In this document: piece by piece, positions 26,629-36,119 of the stretch
How the letters are laid out: each line of letters opens with the position of its first letter
Position numbering within the stretch: position 1 is the stretch's first letter
Source: Acidobacteriota bacterium
GTDB lineage: Bacteria > Acidobacteriota > Vicinamibacteria > Vicinamibacterales > JACQTH01
Length of the DNA: 64,000 bases
Reading direction: 5' to 3'
NCBI GenBank assembly: GCA_016178075.1
Contig: JACOUA010000329.1
Coordinates: 3,539-67,538, forward strand
Position numbers and translations under genes: made by a program
The notes under the pieces: model-generated
Told to the model about the DNA's origin: nothing
Database searches by the model: none
What the model saw: the letters and a program-made list of their open reading frames with translations, nothing else

Positions 26629-27855
26629 TCAGACCTCATCGATGATAGTCGATCGGGCGGCCTCGACCGGGCGCGAGCCATCGTCTTCCCCCCTCATCGA
26701 CTTCCAGGCGCCCAGCGCGACGATGCCCAGCGCCGCAGCGTTCGTGAGGAGCGCCAGCCGTAAATCGCGGGCACTCAGCAACCCCGCAATCACCGGGCTG
26801 ATGGCCAGCGCCGCGAGGTACGCGCTCGTCAGCAGCCCGAAGCCCGCACCCTGCGCGCCCTCAGGGATCACCCTCCCGGCGGCCGTGTAGGCCGCCGTCA
26901 GCGCGAGGCCGATGCCGAATCCGAAGATCGCCATGCCAATCGCGAGCAGCGCCGCGTGGCTGGCTCCGGTGAAGAGCAGGAGTCCCAGCAAGCCGAGCCC
27001 GGCGCCGAAGGTGATGAGGGCTCGAGCCGAAAAGCGCCGCAGCGCGCGGCCGCACAGGGTGTTCCCAACCGCGCCGAGACCGGCGGCGATGGAGAACAGC
27101 GCCCCCGACAAGAGCGGGACCCGTTCCGGGTCGACGCCGCGGTGCGCCACGTAGAGCGGGAGGATCGGACCCAGGCTGCGATCGGCGAACTGGACACCGA
27201 AGATCACCGCCATCACGAGAAAGAAGTTCTGGAACGCCAACGCGCTTCGAAACGTCACGTGGCCGCCGGCAGCCGTGTCTCGTCCGCCGCGCGGCCGGCT
27301 GGGCTCCTCGTAGAGCAGCAGCATCAGGAAGAACCCGATCGCGTAGAAACCCGCCGTGACGAAGAACGCACGCCGCAGGCCCGCCATTTGGGCGACGAGG
27401 CCGCCAAGGACGGGACCGAGCGCGGGCCCGAGCCGCTGGGCCATCTGGACCCGGCCGATGGCGGACGCCATCCGATCCCTGGGCGCGGACTCCGCCGCCA
27501 TGGCGACCGCGAGGCCTCCATAGCCCGCGAAGAATCCGAGCGCGATTCTGAGCGCCAGCACGTGCCAGGGGCGCGTCACGAACGCCATCGCCGCCATGAT
27601 CACGATGAAGCTCACGAGCGAGCGCTCCACCATGAGCTTCCGGCCGAACCGATCGGCGACGCGTCCCCAGAACGGCGACAGCACCGCCGTGATGGCCGGC
27701 GTCACACCGAGGCAGAGCCCCGTCCACGTCGCGACCTCGCCGACGTCGGTGACCCCGAGCGTGGTGATGTAGAGCGGAAGGAACGGCATCACCAGCGTGA
27801 AGCCGGTGAAGCCCATGAAGCTGACCGCGGTGACGACGAACAGGTTGCGACGCAC
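26629..27855 (-). CDS. MFS transporter
   Basis: 408 aa, ~12 TM segments, GRVADRFGRK loop motif between TM2 and TM3. Confidence 0.88.
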   Translation of the reverse strand: MRRNLFVVTAVSFMGFTGFTLVMPFLPLYITTLGVTDVGEVATWTGLCLGVTPAITAVLSPFWGRVADRFGRKLMVERSLVSFIVIMAAMAFVTRPWHVLALRIALGFFAGYGGLAVAMAAESAPRDRMASAIGRVQMAQRLGPALGPVLGGLVAQMAGLRRAFFVTAGFYAIGFFLMLLLYEEPSRPRGGRDTAAGGHVTFRSALAFQNFFLVMAVIFGVQFADRSLGPILPLYVAHRGVDPERVPLLSGALFSIAAGLGAVGNTLCGRALRRFSARALITFGAGLGLLGLLLFTGASHAALLAIGMAIFGFGIGLALTAAYTAAGRVIPEGAQGAGFGLLTSAYLAALAISPVIAGLLSARDLRLALLTNAAALGIVALGAWKSMRGEDDGSRPVEAARSTIIDEV

Positions 27856-27984
27856 AAAAAGTTATCAGTGCACAGTTCTCAGTTTTCAGGTTCGGACCTC
27901 GCCTGCTGCGCCTCGGCGAAATCGCTTCGGCAGAGGCCGTGAGCTCCAAACTGCGAACTGTGAACTGACAACTGAAAACTTTCT
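27856..27984. repeat. Heptamer-periodic inverted repeat, word CAGTTYT / ARAACTG; probable intrinsic terminator of glpX on the minus strand
   Basis: AAAAAGTTATCAGTGCACAGTTCTCAGTTTTCAG ... ACTGCGAACTGTGAACTGACAACTGAAAACTTT. On the minus strand the hairpin is followed by TTTTT. Confidence 0.85.
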
Positions 27985-28972
27985 AGAATCGGATCTTGAC
28001 GTCATCCCCGTCGCGGACGTGGATGCTGTCGATGAAACGGATGCGCCGCGGCTTGGTCTGCATCACGATCGAGCTCGTGCGGGTCCCCTCGCCAAAGAAG
28101 CGCACGCCGCGCATCAGCGTGCCGTCGGTGACGCCGGTGGCGGCAAACACGATCGATTCGCCCGAGGCCAGGTCTTTCGAGGTGTACACCCGCTTCAGGT
28201 CCCTGATCCCCATCTCGCGGCAGCGCTTCTCGTGCTCGGGCTTCGAGATGACGAGCCGGGCGAAGATCTCACCGTTCAGGCATCGCATCGCCGCGGCCGT
28301 CAACACGCCTTCGGGCGCGCCACCGGTCCCCATGACGGCGTGGACACCGCTGCCCACAACCGCGGCCGCAATGCCGGCCGACAGATCACCGTCGCTGATC
28401 AGGCGTATTCGGGCCCCGGTCTCGCGGATGTCCGCGATGAGCTTCTGGTGCCGGTCGCGGTCCAGCACGATGACGACCAGGTCCTCGACCCGCCGATCGA
28501 GGCAGCGCGCAATCGCCTGCAGGTTGTCCGAGACCGGGGCATCCAGGCTCACGGCGTGTCTCGAGCTCGGCCCGACCACCAGCTTCTCCATGTACAGGTC
28601 CGGGGCGTGGAGAAGCCCGCCTTTTTCGGACGCCGCCAGCACCGCCAGCGCGTTGGGCGAGCCGGTCGCGCACAGGTTCGTCCCCTCCAGGGGATCGACG
28701 GCGATGTCCACCTGGTCGTACTGCTCGCTGTCGGCGTGCCGCGTGTGCGCGAGGCCGACTTTCTCGCCGATGAAGAGCATCGGCGCCTCGTCGCGCTCGC
28801 CCTCGCCGATCACGATCGTGCCGTCGATCGGGACGGTATCCATGACGCGCCGCATCGCTTCGACGGCCACATCGTCGGAATGGTGCCGATCGCCCTGTCC
28901 CATGGTCTGGGCGCAGGCGATCGCCGCCTCTTCCACGACCCGCAGAAACTCCAACGACAGGTCTGCTTGCAT
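27983..28972 (-). CDS. glpX: Class II fructose-1,6-bisphosphatase
   Basis: 329 aa. [38 protein letters not shown]. Confidence 0.93.
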   Translation of the reverse strand: MQADLSLEFLRVVEEAAIACAQTMGQGDRHHSDDVAVEAMRRVMDTVPIDGTIVIGEGERDEAPMLFIGEKVGLAHTRHADSEQYDQVDIAVDPLEGTNLCATGSPNALAVLAASEKGGLLHAPDLYMEKLVVGPSSRHAVSLDAPVSDNLQAIARCLDRRVEDLVVIVLDRDRHQKLIADIRETGARIRLISDGDLSAGIAAAVVGSGVHAVMGTGGAPEGVLTAAAMRCLNGEIFARLVISKPEHEKRCREMGIRDLKRVYTSKDLASGESIVFAATGVTDGTLMRGVRFFGEGTRTSSIVMQTKPRRIRFIDSIHVRDGDDVKIRF

Positions 28973-29014
28973 AGGACTCTGGCAGGCGGAAGTCGAAAGT
29001 CTCCGTGTACGCGT

Positions 29015-30226
29015 TCACGTTTGCTGCGCGCGTCGCCAGGGCGGCAGATCGCAGCGCGTGGGACGATCGGCGCGATAGCCGAGGACGTAGTCGGCCTGCA
29101 TCACCTTGTGGATCTCGCGGGTGCCCTCGTAGATCACCGCCCCCTTGCAGTTGCGGTAGAAGCGTCCGACCGGGTACTCATCGGAGTAGCCGTTCGCGCC
29201 GTGCACCTGCACCGCGTCCGAGGCGGCGCGCTCGGACGCGACAGTGGCGAACCACTTGGCCAGGCCGGTTTCCCGCGTGTTGCGCAGACCTTCGTTCTTC
29301 AGCCAGGCGGCGCGCAGCCAGAGCAGCCTCGCCGCCTGATAGTCGGACTCCATCTGCGCGATCATTTCCTTGACGAGCTGGTGCTGACCGATCGCGACGC
29401 CGAAGGTGCGGCGCTCCAGCGCGTACTTCACGCTCGCGTCGCGGCACGCGCGGATGAGCCCCGTCGCGCCGGCCGCCACCGTGAACCGGCCCTGGTCGAG
29501 GGCGAACATCGCGATCTTGAAGCCCTCGCCGGGACGGCCCACCAGGTTCGCATCCGGCACCTCGACCTCGTCCATGTTGAAGAAGCCGGTATTGCCCGCG
29601 AGAATCCCCCACTTCTCCTTGAGGGTCCCGCTCGAGAACCCCTTGAACCCGCGCTCGACGACGAAGGCGCTCAGCCCAGCGGGATCGCGCTGCTTCTTCT
29701 TTTCCTGATCGCTCCAGGCGAAGACGAGGAAGTGGTCGGCGACGTCCGCGAGCGAGATCCACATCTTCTCGCCCGTGAGGACATAGCGATCGCCGTTCTT
29801 GATCGCGACCGTCTGGATGCCGCGGACGTCGCTCCCGGCGCCCGGCTCGGTCAACCCGTAGGTGGCGATCTTCTTGCCCTGCGCCTGCGGCACCAGGTAG
29901 CGGCGCTTCTGCTCGTCGCTTCCCCACGTCAACAGCGTCAGGCAGTTGAGCGCCGCGTGGACCGACATGATCACGCGGAGCGAGGTGTCGATGTACTCGA
30001 GCTCTTCGCTCGCCAGCCCCAGGCTGATGTAGTCCATGCCGGCGCCGCCGTGCTCGGTCGGCACCGAGATGCCGAGCAGGCCGAGCGACGCCATCTGGGG
30101 AAAGATCCCGCGATCGAACCGATGCTCGCGATCGAGGTCGTGAATCCTGGGCGCGATCTCGCGGCCGCCCCACTCCCGCACCGATTGCTCGAGCAGCCGG
30201 TGCTCCTCCGTCAGATCGAAATCCAT
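29015..30226 (-). CDS. Acyl-CoA dehydrogenase family protein
   Basis: [12 protein letters not shown].., [18 protein letters not shown]. 403 aa. Confidence 0.92.
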   Translation of the reverse strand: MDFDLTEEHRLLEQSVREWGGREIAPRIHDLDREHRFDRGIFPQMASLGLLGISVPTEHGGAGMDYISLGLASEELEYIDTSLRVIMSVHAALNCLTLLTWGSDEQKRRYLVPQAQGKKIATYGLTEPGAGSDVRGIQTVAIKNGDRYVLTGEKMWISLADVADHFLVFAWSDQEKKKQRDPAGLSAFVVERGFKGFSSGTLKEKWGILAGNTGFFNMDEVEVPDANLVGRPGEGFKIAMFALDQGRFTVAAGATGLIRACRDASVKYALERRTFGVAIGQHQLVKEMIAQMESDYQAARLLWLRAAWLKNEGLRNTRETGLAKWFATVASERAASDAVQVHGANGYSDEYPVGRFYRNCKGAVIYEGTREIHKVMQADYVLGYRADRPTRCDLPPWRRAQQT

Positions 30227-30282
30227 GAGAGCGTCCTTGTATGAAATGCGCCTGAACCGGCGCGGATGAACGGGAAATCCTA

Positions 30283-31080
30283 CTACGTTCTCGATGATTC
30301 AGCCACCGCGCGAACGGTCGCGCCACGACCGAGACCGAGGCGTCTGGCCGCGCTGTCACGGTTGGCGGCGATCTCGACGAACCCGCTGCTGCCGATGAGC
30401 GCGCAGACCTCTCCTTCCGCCACCTCGGCGTAGGTCGAGACGAAGCGATCGACGCGCTGCTCGCCCGCGTGCAGGCGCACGCCGCGATCCAGCGACGCCG
30501 ACGCGAGCGCGGCCCGATCGATGTTGGTGATCAGATTCCCGAAGCGATCCACGCGAAGGATGCAGCCGGCGATCGCGTGGGGCGACACCTGCGGCGCCGG
30601 AATCTCGAGGCGCTGGACGTCGTCGACGCGAGGCCCCAGATCCTCCAGCGGCGTACCACGAGCCAGCCAGCCGGCGGCGGGCGCGAACCGATCGCGTCCC
30701 TCGAACGTGCGGGTGACGTCGGGCAGCGCATATCGGGCGTTGGTCAGCTCGACGACCGACGCCGGGCGATCCGCGAGCACGCCGGTCAGGACACCGTTGT
30801 CGGGCGCGACGAACCGATAGCCTCCAGCGCTCGCGGCAATGCCGCGTCGTGCGGTCCCGACGGCGGGGTCCACCACCACGACGAACACCGTGCCGGCCGG
30901 AAAGAAGCGGTAGCTCGATCGGAGCTCGAGGCTGGCCGACAACACGTCCTGGGGCGGGATGTCGTGGGTGATGTCGACCAGCGTCGCCTCGTCACAGATG
31001 CCCAGGATCACGCCCTTCATCGTCCCGACGTAGTGATCCTGCAGGCCGAAGTCGGTCAGCAGGGCGATGACGGGTTTCAT
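30283..31080 (-). CDS. SAM hydroxide adenosyltransferase (DUF62; chlorinase/fluorinase-related)
   Basis: MKPVIALLTDFGLQDHYVGTMKGVILGI, VVVDPAVGTARRGI. Confidence 0.88.
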   Translation of the reverse strand: MKPVIALLTDFGLQDHYVGTMKGVILGICDEATLVDITHDIPPQDVLSASLELRSSYRFFPAGTVFVVVVDPAVGTARRGIAASAGGYRFVAPDNGVLTGVLADRPASVVELTNARYALPDVTRTFEGRDRFAPAAGWLARGTPLEDLGPRVDDVQRLEIPAPQVSPHAIAGCILRVDRFGNLITNIDRAALASASLDRGVRLHAGEQRVDRFVSTYAEVAEGEVCALIGSSGFVEIAANRDSAARRLGLGRGATVRAVAESSRT

Positions 31081-31083
31081 GAG

Positions 31084-31257
31084 AATTGACGATTGGCGAT
31101 TGGAGATTGACGATTGATTGTTGATTGGCGAATGGGCGGAATTGCCAGGAACGAAGGACGATTGAGAGCAATTCCGATCAGGCGTCCTTGATTCGTCAAT
31201 TCCGCGCCATCGTCAATCGCCAATCAATCCTCAATCGTCACTCGCCAATCGTCAATG
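31084..31257. repeat. ~175-nt nested hairpin, heptamer word GATTGRC / GYCAATC
   Basis: Left arm ATTGACGATTGGCGATTGGAGATTGACGATTGATTGTTGATTGGCG. Right arm CGCCATCGTCAATCGCCAATCAATCCTCAATCGTCACTCGCCAATCGTCAAT. The centre holds CGGAATTG..CAATTCCG and AAGGACG..CGTCCTT sub-hairpins. Confidence 0.88.
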
Positions 31258-31261
31258 CAGA

Positions 31262-31960
31262 TTAGGCGAGATAGCCCGGTTTCCTGAACAGAATCTCGCG
31301 CAGGTTGGTCTTCAGCAGGAACGAGTCGCTCACGCGAAGGCCGCCGAACAGCTTGATGATGTCGCGATTCTGGAGGACGCGCACCCGGCCGCGCGCGGCG
31401 GGATAGGGACGGTACTTCAGATTCGCCTCGTCGACGATGGCGTACTTGACGTAGCGCGGGTCCCGGGACGCCGCCGTGCCGAAAAACCCGAGCAGCGCGC
31501 CGTCGATGCGCAGCGCGCGCGTCAGGATGCCCGCCAGCACCGTGGCGGCCGCGGGGTCGAGATAGTCGAACAGGTCCCAGCACAGCACGCCGTCAACGCT
31601 GCCGTCGGCGTGCGACAGGCGGGTCTTGAGAAACGCGGGGAACGCCTCGAGCGCGCTCTTGCGGGTGTGACGATCGAGATCCGCGTACAGATCCTCGACG
31701 TGGATCTTGCAGCCGCCCTGCTCCCCCAGAAAGGTGATGTTCGAGCCGACCACGGCGCCGACGTCGAGGATCACGGGGCCCTCGCGCTGGCGGAGCACCG
31801 CCAGGAATTTTTTCAGGGCCTTGCTGGGAAAGATGGGCTCAGCGGCCCGCGGCGCGGGGCGATCGATGACGCCCACCTCCTGTCCGGCCCCGGCGCGCGG
31901 GCGCTGGCCGAACAACGAACCCAGAGCAGGAAGGCCTCGTCCCTTGTCTGCGCCGCTCAC
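31262..31960 (-). CDS. Class I SAM-dependent methyltransferase (substrate unknown)
   Basis: ILDVGAVVGSNITFLG (motif I-like) and DGVLCWDLFDYL. 232 aa. Confidence 0.65.
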   Translation of the reverse strand: MSGADKGRGLPALGSLFGQRPRAGAGQEVGVIDRPAPRAAEPIFPSKALKKFLAVLRQREGPVILDVGAVVGSNITFLGEQGGCKIHVEDLYADLDRHTRKSALEAFPAFLKTRLSHADGSVDGVLCWDLFDYLDPAAATVLAGILTRALRIDGALLGFFGTAASRDPRYVKYAIVDEANLKYRPYPAARGRVRVLQNRDIIKLFGGLRVSDSFLLKTNLREILFRKPGYLA

Positions 31961-32011
31961 CTCGTCTCCTCGGCAGCCGGTCGGAGATCGGAAGAAGCCA
32001 CGCGTGGTCGA

Positions 32012-32569
32012 TCAGATGCCGGCGCGCTGCGGGGCCGCGGGCGTCGTGGGCGCGCCCGGCTTGGGCTCGACCTTCGGCTGCGCAGCCTGCACCGGCGGCG
32101 TCTTCCGCTGCATGTCGACGCTCCCGCGGAAGTGTGCGCCCTCCGCGATCGCGACCCGCGGGGCCACGACGTCACCGTCGACTGATCCGTTCTCGCGGAT
32201 GTCGACCTTCTCGCTCGCCGTGATGTTCCCCATCACCTCGCCCAGCACGACGACGGCCTTGGCGAAGACCTGAGCATTGATACGGCCGTGCGGACCGATC
32301 GTGAGCACGTGATCCTTGAGCTCGATCTTGCCCTCGACGTTGCCCTCGACCGTCAGGTCCTCGCTGCCGTTCAGCTCGCCCTTGATCACGACGCTCTTGC
32401 CGATGTTGACGACTTCTTCCTTCATGGATCGACTCGGTTCTCTCTCCAGCCCGAATCCGCCCGAGCCGCCCGCAGGCGGCGTCACCGGCGACGCGGCCGG
32501 AGTGCTGGGCGTCGTGCCCGGCCTCGGTGCATCTTCACGCTTCCACATGATCTGATCCTCGCTCGTCAA
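32012..32569 (-). CDS. Bactofilin-family polymer-forming cytoskeletal protein
   Basis: Beta-helical DUF583 core (VVIKGELNGSEDLTVEGNVEGKIEL...VVLGEVMGNITA..VDIRENGSVDGDVVAPRVAIAEGAHFRGSVDM) with Pro-rich disordered termini. Confidence 0.88.
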   Translation of the reverse strand: MTSEDQIMWKREDAPRPGTTPSTPAASPVTPPAGGSGGFGLEREPSRSMKEEVVNIGKSVVIKGELNGSEDLTVEGNVEGKIELKDHVLTIGPHGRINAQVFAKAVVVLGEVMGNITASEKVDIRENGSVDGDVVAPRVAIAEGAHFRGSVDMQRKTPPVQAAQPKVEPKPGAPTTPAAPQRAGI

Positions 32570-32662
32570 TCGTGACCGTCGTGTGATTCTAGAAGTCCCG
32601 CCCGAAGTTGTCTAGTGCCTTTTATTGCCGAGGGTTAGGGGCGATGCTATGATGCCGTCAGG

Positions 32663-33820
32663 GTGCGGATCTACCTCGATCACAATGCCACGACGCCCGT
32701 CGCGCCGGAGGTGCGCCAGGCGATCGCGCGGGCGCTCGACGAGCAGTTCGGGAACCCGTCGAGCGTGCATTATTTCGGACAGCAGGCCAAGGCCGCGCTC
32801 GATGAGGCGCGGTCGGCCGTCGCTGAGCTGGTGGGCGGCGACCCTGGCGAGGTGGTCTTCACGAGTGGCGGGACCGAGTCGGACAACGTCGCGATTCGCG
32901 GGGCGGCCGAGGCGCTCGAGGCGACAGGCCGGCGCCACCTCATCGCCAGCGCCATCGAGCACGAGGCGGTGCTCAACACGCTCAAGGCGCTCGCGCGCCG
33001 CGGCTGGCGCACGACACTGCTGAAAGTCGACGCGAGCGGAATCGTGTCGCCCGACCTGCTGCGCGACGCCCTCACCGACGACACGTTGCTCGTGTCGGTC
33101 ATGCATGCCAACAACGAGATCGGCACCGTCCAGCCGATCCGCGAATTGGCGGCCCTTGCGCACGAGCGCGGCGCGCTCTTCCACACCGACGCCGTGCAGT
33201 CGGCGGCCAAGATTCCGATCGACGTTCGGTCCCTGATGGTCGATCTGCTGTCCATCTCGGCCCACAAGTTCTACGGACCCAAGGGCGTCGGCGCGCTGTG
33301 GGTCAAGCGCGGCACGCGGCTTGCGTCCGTGATGACCGGCGGCAAGCAGGAGCGCAATCGCCGCGCCGGGACGGAGAACACGCCCGGGATCATCGGCATG
33401 GGCGTGGCGGCTCGCCTGGGTCTGTCGAAGATGGCCGCGGAAGGCGCTCGTCTTGGCGCGCTCAGGGATCGCCTCGAGGACGGCATCGTGAACCGCGTCC
33501 CGCGCACCACGACGAACGGCGCCCGATCGCCGCGCGTGCCCAACACGACGAACATCAGCTTCGATCACGTCGAAGCCGAGTCGCTCCTCATCGCGCTCGA
33601 CCTCGAGGGCGTCGCGGTGTCGACCGGATCGGCCTGCTCCTCGGGCACGCTCGAGCCGTCGCACGTCCTCAAGGCGATGGGGTTCCCGCCACACCGGACC
33701 CAGAACTCGCTCCGCTTCAGCCTCGGGGCCGCGAATACCGAAGCGGACGTCGACGCGGTCGTCACCCTGCTCCCGCCGATTGTGGACAAGCTGAGGGGAC
33801 TGACGAGGAAGGCGGGGTAA
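32663..33820 (+). CDS. Cysteine desulfurase (NifS/IscS class I)
   Basis: IYLDHNATTP, SAHKFYGPKG (PLP lysine), SSGSACSS (catalytic Cys loop). GTG start. Confidence 0.93.
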   Translation: MRIYLDHNATTPVAPEVRQAIARALDEQFGNPSSVHYFGQQAKAALDEARSAVAELVGGDPGEVVFTSGGTESDNVAIRGAAEALEATGRRHLIASAIEHEAVLNTLKALARRGWRTTLLKVDASGIVSPDLLRDALTDDTLLVSVMHANNEIGTVQPIRELAALAHERGALFHTDAVQSAAKIPIDVRSLMVDLLSISAHKFYGPKGVGALWVKRGTRLASVMTGGKQERNRRAGTENTPGIIGMGVAARLGLSKMAAEGARLGALRDRLEDGIVNRVPRTTTNGARSPRVPNTTNISFDHVEAESLLIALDLEGVAVSTGSACSSGTLEPSHVLKAMGFPPHRTQNSLRFSLGAANTEADVDAVVTLLPPIVDKLRGLTRKAG

Positions 33821-34881
33821 TGCGAGTTGTCGTAGCCATGTCGGGCGGCGTGGATTCCTCCGTCGCCGCGGCCCTGCTCGTCGAGCAGGGGCACGAGGTC
33901 ATCGGGCTGTCGATGCAGCTCTACGATCAGCAGCAGGGCGAGGTGCGCTTTGGAAGCTGCTGCACGCTGGACGATCTCCACGACGCGCGGCGCGTGGCCC
34001 AGCGGCTCGGCATTCCGCACTACATCCTGAACTTCGAGCGGCAGTTCGACGATCACGTCGTCTCGAACTTCGTCCGCGAGTACCTGACGGGGCGCACGCC
34101 GATCCCGTGCGCGCACTGCAACAGTGACCTGAAGTTCTCGGCGCTGCTCGAGCGGGCGCGCGCGCTGGGTGCCGACGGCGTGGCGACGGGCCATTACGCC
34201 CGCGTCGCGCGCGGCGCCGCCGGCAGGCTGACGCTCCGGCGCGGCGCCGACCGGGCCAAGGACCAGTCCTATTTCCTGTTCTCCCTCACGCAGGATCAGC
34301 TCGATCACGCGCGGTTCCCGGTCGGGGACCTCGCGAAGTCCGAGGTCCGCGATCATGCGCGACGCCTCGACCTGCCGGTCGCCAACAAGCCCGACAGCCA
34401 CGAAATCTGCTTCATCCCCGACGGTGAGTACGCCGGGTTCGTCGAGCGTCATGCCGCCTCAGGCGTCGGAAGCGGGTGGATAATGAATCACGAAGGGCGC
34501 CCGCTTGGTCGTCACGACGGCATTCACCGGTTCACCGTCGGCCAACGGAAGGGGCTCGGTCTTTCGGGCGCGCATCCCTTGTACGTGCTGGAGCTTCGTC
34601 CCGAGTCGCAGACCGTCGTCGTCGGGCCGCGCGCCGCGCTCGAGAAGGTGACGCTGACCGCGTCCGGCGTGAACTGGGTCGGGGGCGCGCCTCCAGAGGC
34701 GCGCGTGACGGTCACCGCGCAGATTCGCCATCGGCACCAGGCCGCGCCCGCTTCCTGGCGTTCGCTCGCCTGTGATCGTCTCGCCCTCGAATTCGAGACG
34801 CCCCAAACCGCGATCACGCCCGGGCAGGCGGTGGTCCTGTATGACGGGGATGAAGTGCTGGGCGGAGGTTGGATCGATTAG
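33820..34881 (+). CDS. mnmA: tRNA 2-thiouridine(34) synthase
   Basis: MRVVVAMSGGVDSSVAA PP-loop, CAHCNS. TAATG overlap with the desulfurase. The ORF-track start 33298 is an upstream out-of-gene extension. Confidence 0.93.
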   Translation: MRVVVAMSGGVDSSVAAALLVEQGHEVIGLSMQLYDQQQGEVRFGSCCTLDDLHDARRVAQRLGIPHYILNFERQFDDHVVSNFVREYLTGRTPIPCAHCNSDLKFSALLERARALGADGVATGHYARVARGAAGRLTLRRGADRAKDQSYFLFSLTQDQLDHARFPVGDLAKSEVRDHARRLDLPVANKPDSHEICFIPDGEYAGFVERHAASGVGSGWIMNHEGRPLGRHDGIHRFTVGQRKGLGLSGAHPLYVLELRPESQTVVVGPRAALEKVTLTASGVNWVGGAPPEARVTVTAQIRHRHQAAPASWRSLACDRLALEFETPQTAITPGQAVVLYDGDEVLGGGWID

Positions 34882-35037
34882 GACCCGTCCCGGAATAAGT
34901 GTGCCATTCTGGGCGTCGAGGCGCCCGCCCGGCAAGGCGCGAGGAGCGCGCATACCGGGCGTATGTAAGCGACGAGCAACGAAGCCCGGCGGGATGCATC
35001 GGCGTCCAGAATGGTGCACTTATTCCGGGACGGGTCC
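34881..35037. mobile_element. MITE-like hairpin element with ~35-bp terminal inverted repeats and TTA flanks, inserted between the mnmA and trxB stop codons
   Basis: GGACCCGTCCCGGAATAAGTGTGCCATTCTGG ... CCAGAATGGTGCACTTATTCCGGGACGGGTCC. TTA lies on both sides (34878-80 and 35038-40). The core is shared with 49051-49255. Confidence 0.6.
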
Positions 35038-36009
35038 TTAGGCGGTCACTTGCGCTTCGCCGAGGTGCTGCGGGAGCCCCTCGAGGTATTTCTCGGCGTC
35101 CATCGCCGCCATGCACCCCGATCCTGCGGCCGTGACGGCCTGCCGGTACACGTGATCCTGCACATCACCGCAGGCGAAGACGCCCGGGACGTTGGTCCGC
35201 GCGCCCGAGTGCGTCAGGATGTAGCCGTTCGGATCCATCTCGAGCTGTCCGGTGAACAGCCTGGTGTTCGGTGTGTGGCCGATCGCCACGAACACGCCGT
35301 CGACCGCAAGACCGCCGGCCTCGCCGGTTGCCGTATTCGTCCACGTGAGGCCGGTCACCTCGCCCTTGTCGCCGGCGACGATGTCGTCGACGACGGTGTT
35401 CCAAAGGAACGAGATCTTCGTGTTGGCAAAGGCTTTGTCCTGCATGATCTTCGACGCCCTCAGCCGGTTGCGCCTGTGGATGACCGTCACGTGGGAGGCG
35501 AATTTCGTCAGAAACAGGGCTTCTTCCATCGCGGAATCGCCGCCGCCGACCACGGCGATCGGACGCCCTCTAAAGAAGTAGCCGTCGCACGTCGCGCACG
35601 TCGAGACGCCGTGCCCCATGAGGGTTCGCTCGCTCGGGAGGCCGAGCAGACGCGCCGACGCGCCGGTCGCGACGATGACCGTTCGGGCGCGATGGTTCTC
35701 GCCATCCGAGGTCACGACGAACGGCCGAGCCCTCAGATCCGCCGCGTTGACATCGCGAGCGATGAGCTCGGCACCGAACCGCTCGGCCTGCGCGCGCATT
35801 TCCGCCATCAGGTCCGGTCCCAGGATGCCTTCCCGGTGCCCCGGATAGTTCTCGACGAGCGTCGTCAGCATGAGCTGCCCGCCGGCCTCGGCCCCCTCGA
35901 ACACGAGCGGGTTGAGATTGGCGCGGGCGGCATACAGCGCCGCCGTCAGGCCGGCGGGGCCCGAGCCGATGACGATCACGTTGCGAAGGTCTGACATGTT
36001 CACTTTCAC
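35038..36009 (-). CDS. trxB: Thioredoxin-disulfide reductase
   Basis: [17 protein letters not shown], redox-active [16 protein letters not shown]. Confidence 0.93.
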   Translation of the reverse strand: MKVNMSDLRNVIVIGSGPAGLTAALYAARANLNPLVFEGAEAGGQLMLTTLVENYPGHREGILGPDLMAEMRAQAERFGAELIARDVNAADLRARPFVVTSDGENHRARTVIVATGASARLLGLPSERTLMGHGVSTCATCDGYFFRGRPIAVVGGGDSAMEEALFLTKFASHVTVIHRRNRLRASKIMQDKAFANTKISFLWNTVVDDIVAGDKGEVTGLTWTNTATGEAGGLAVDGVFVAIGHTPNTRLFTGQLEMDPNGYILTHSGARTNVPGVFACGDVQDHVYRQAVTAAGSGCMAAMDAEKYLEGLPQHLGEAQVTA

Positions 36010-36012
36010 TTC

Positions 36013-36116
36013 TGGCTGTCAGCTCTCAGCTGTCGGCTTTCAGCCGTCGGCCTACACCTTCATTCGAACTGCAGGTCTTGTTCTAGCTGAGAGCTGACAG
36101 CTGAGAGCTGAGAGCT
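36013..36116. repeat. Heptamer-periodic inverted repeat, word CAGCTNT / ANAGCTG
   Basis: GGCTGTCAGCTCTCAGCTGTCGGCTTTCAGC ... GCTGAGAGCTGACAGCTGAGAGCTGAGAGC, between the trxA stop and the trxB start. Confidence 0.88.
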
Positions 36117-36119
36117 TCC

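Noticed and set aside
27797-30244. 815-aa plus-strand ORF, one of the longest in the track
   Set aside because: It is antisense to glpX and the acyl-CoA dehydrogenase, both of which have clear family motifs, and it crosses their intergenic gap.
32612-33694. 360-aa minus-strand ORF
   Set aside because: It is antisense to the cysteine desulfurase, which has PLP-lysine and catalytic-Cys motifs.
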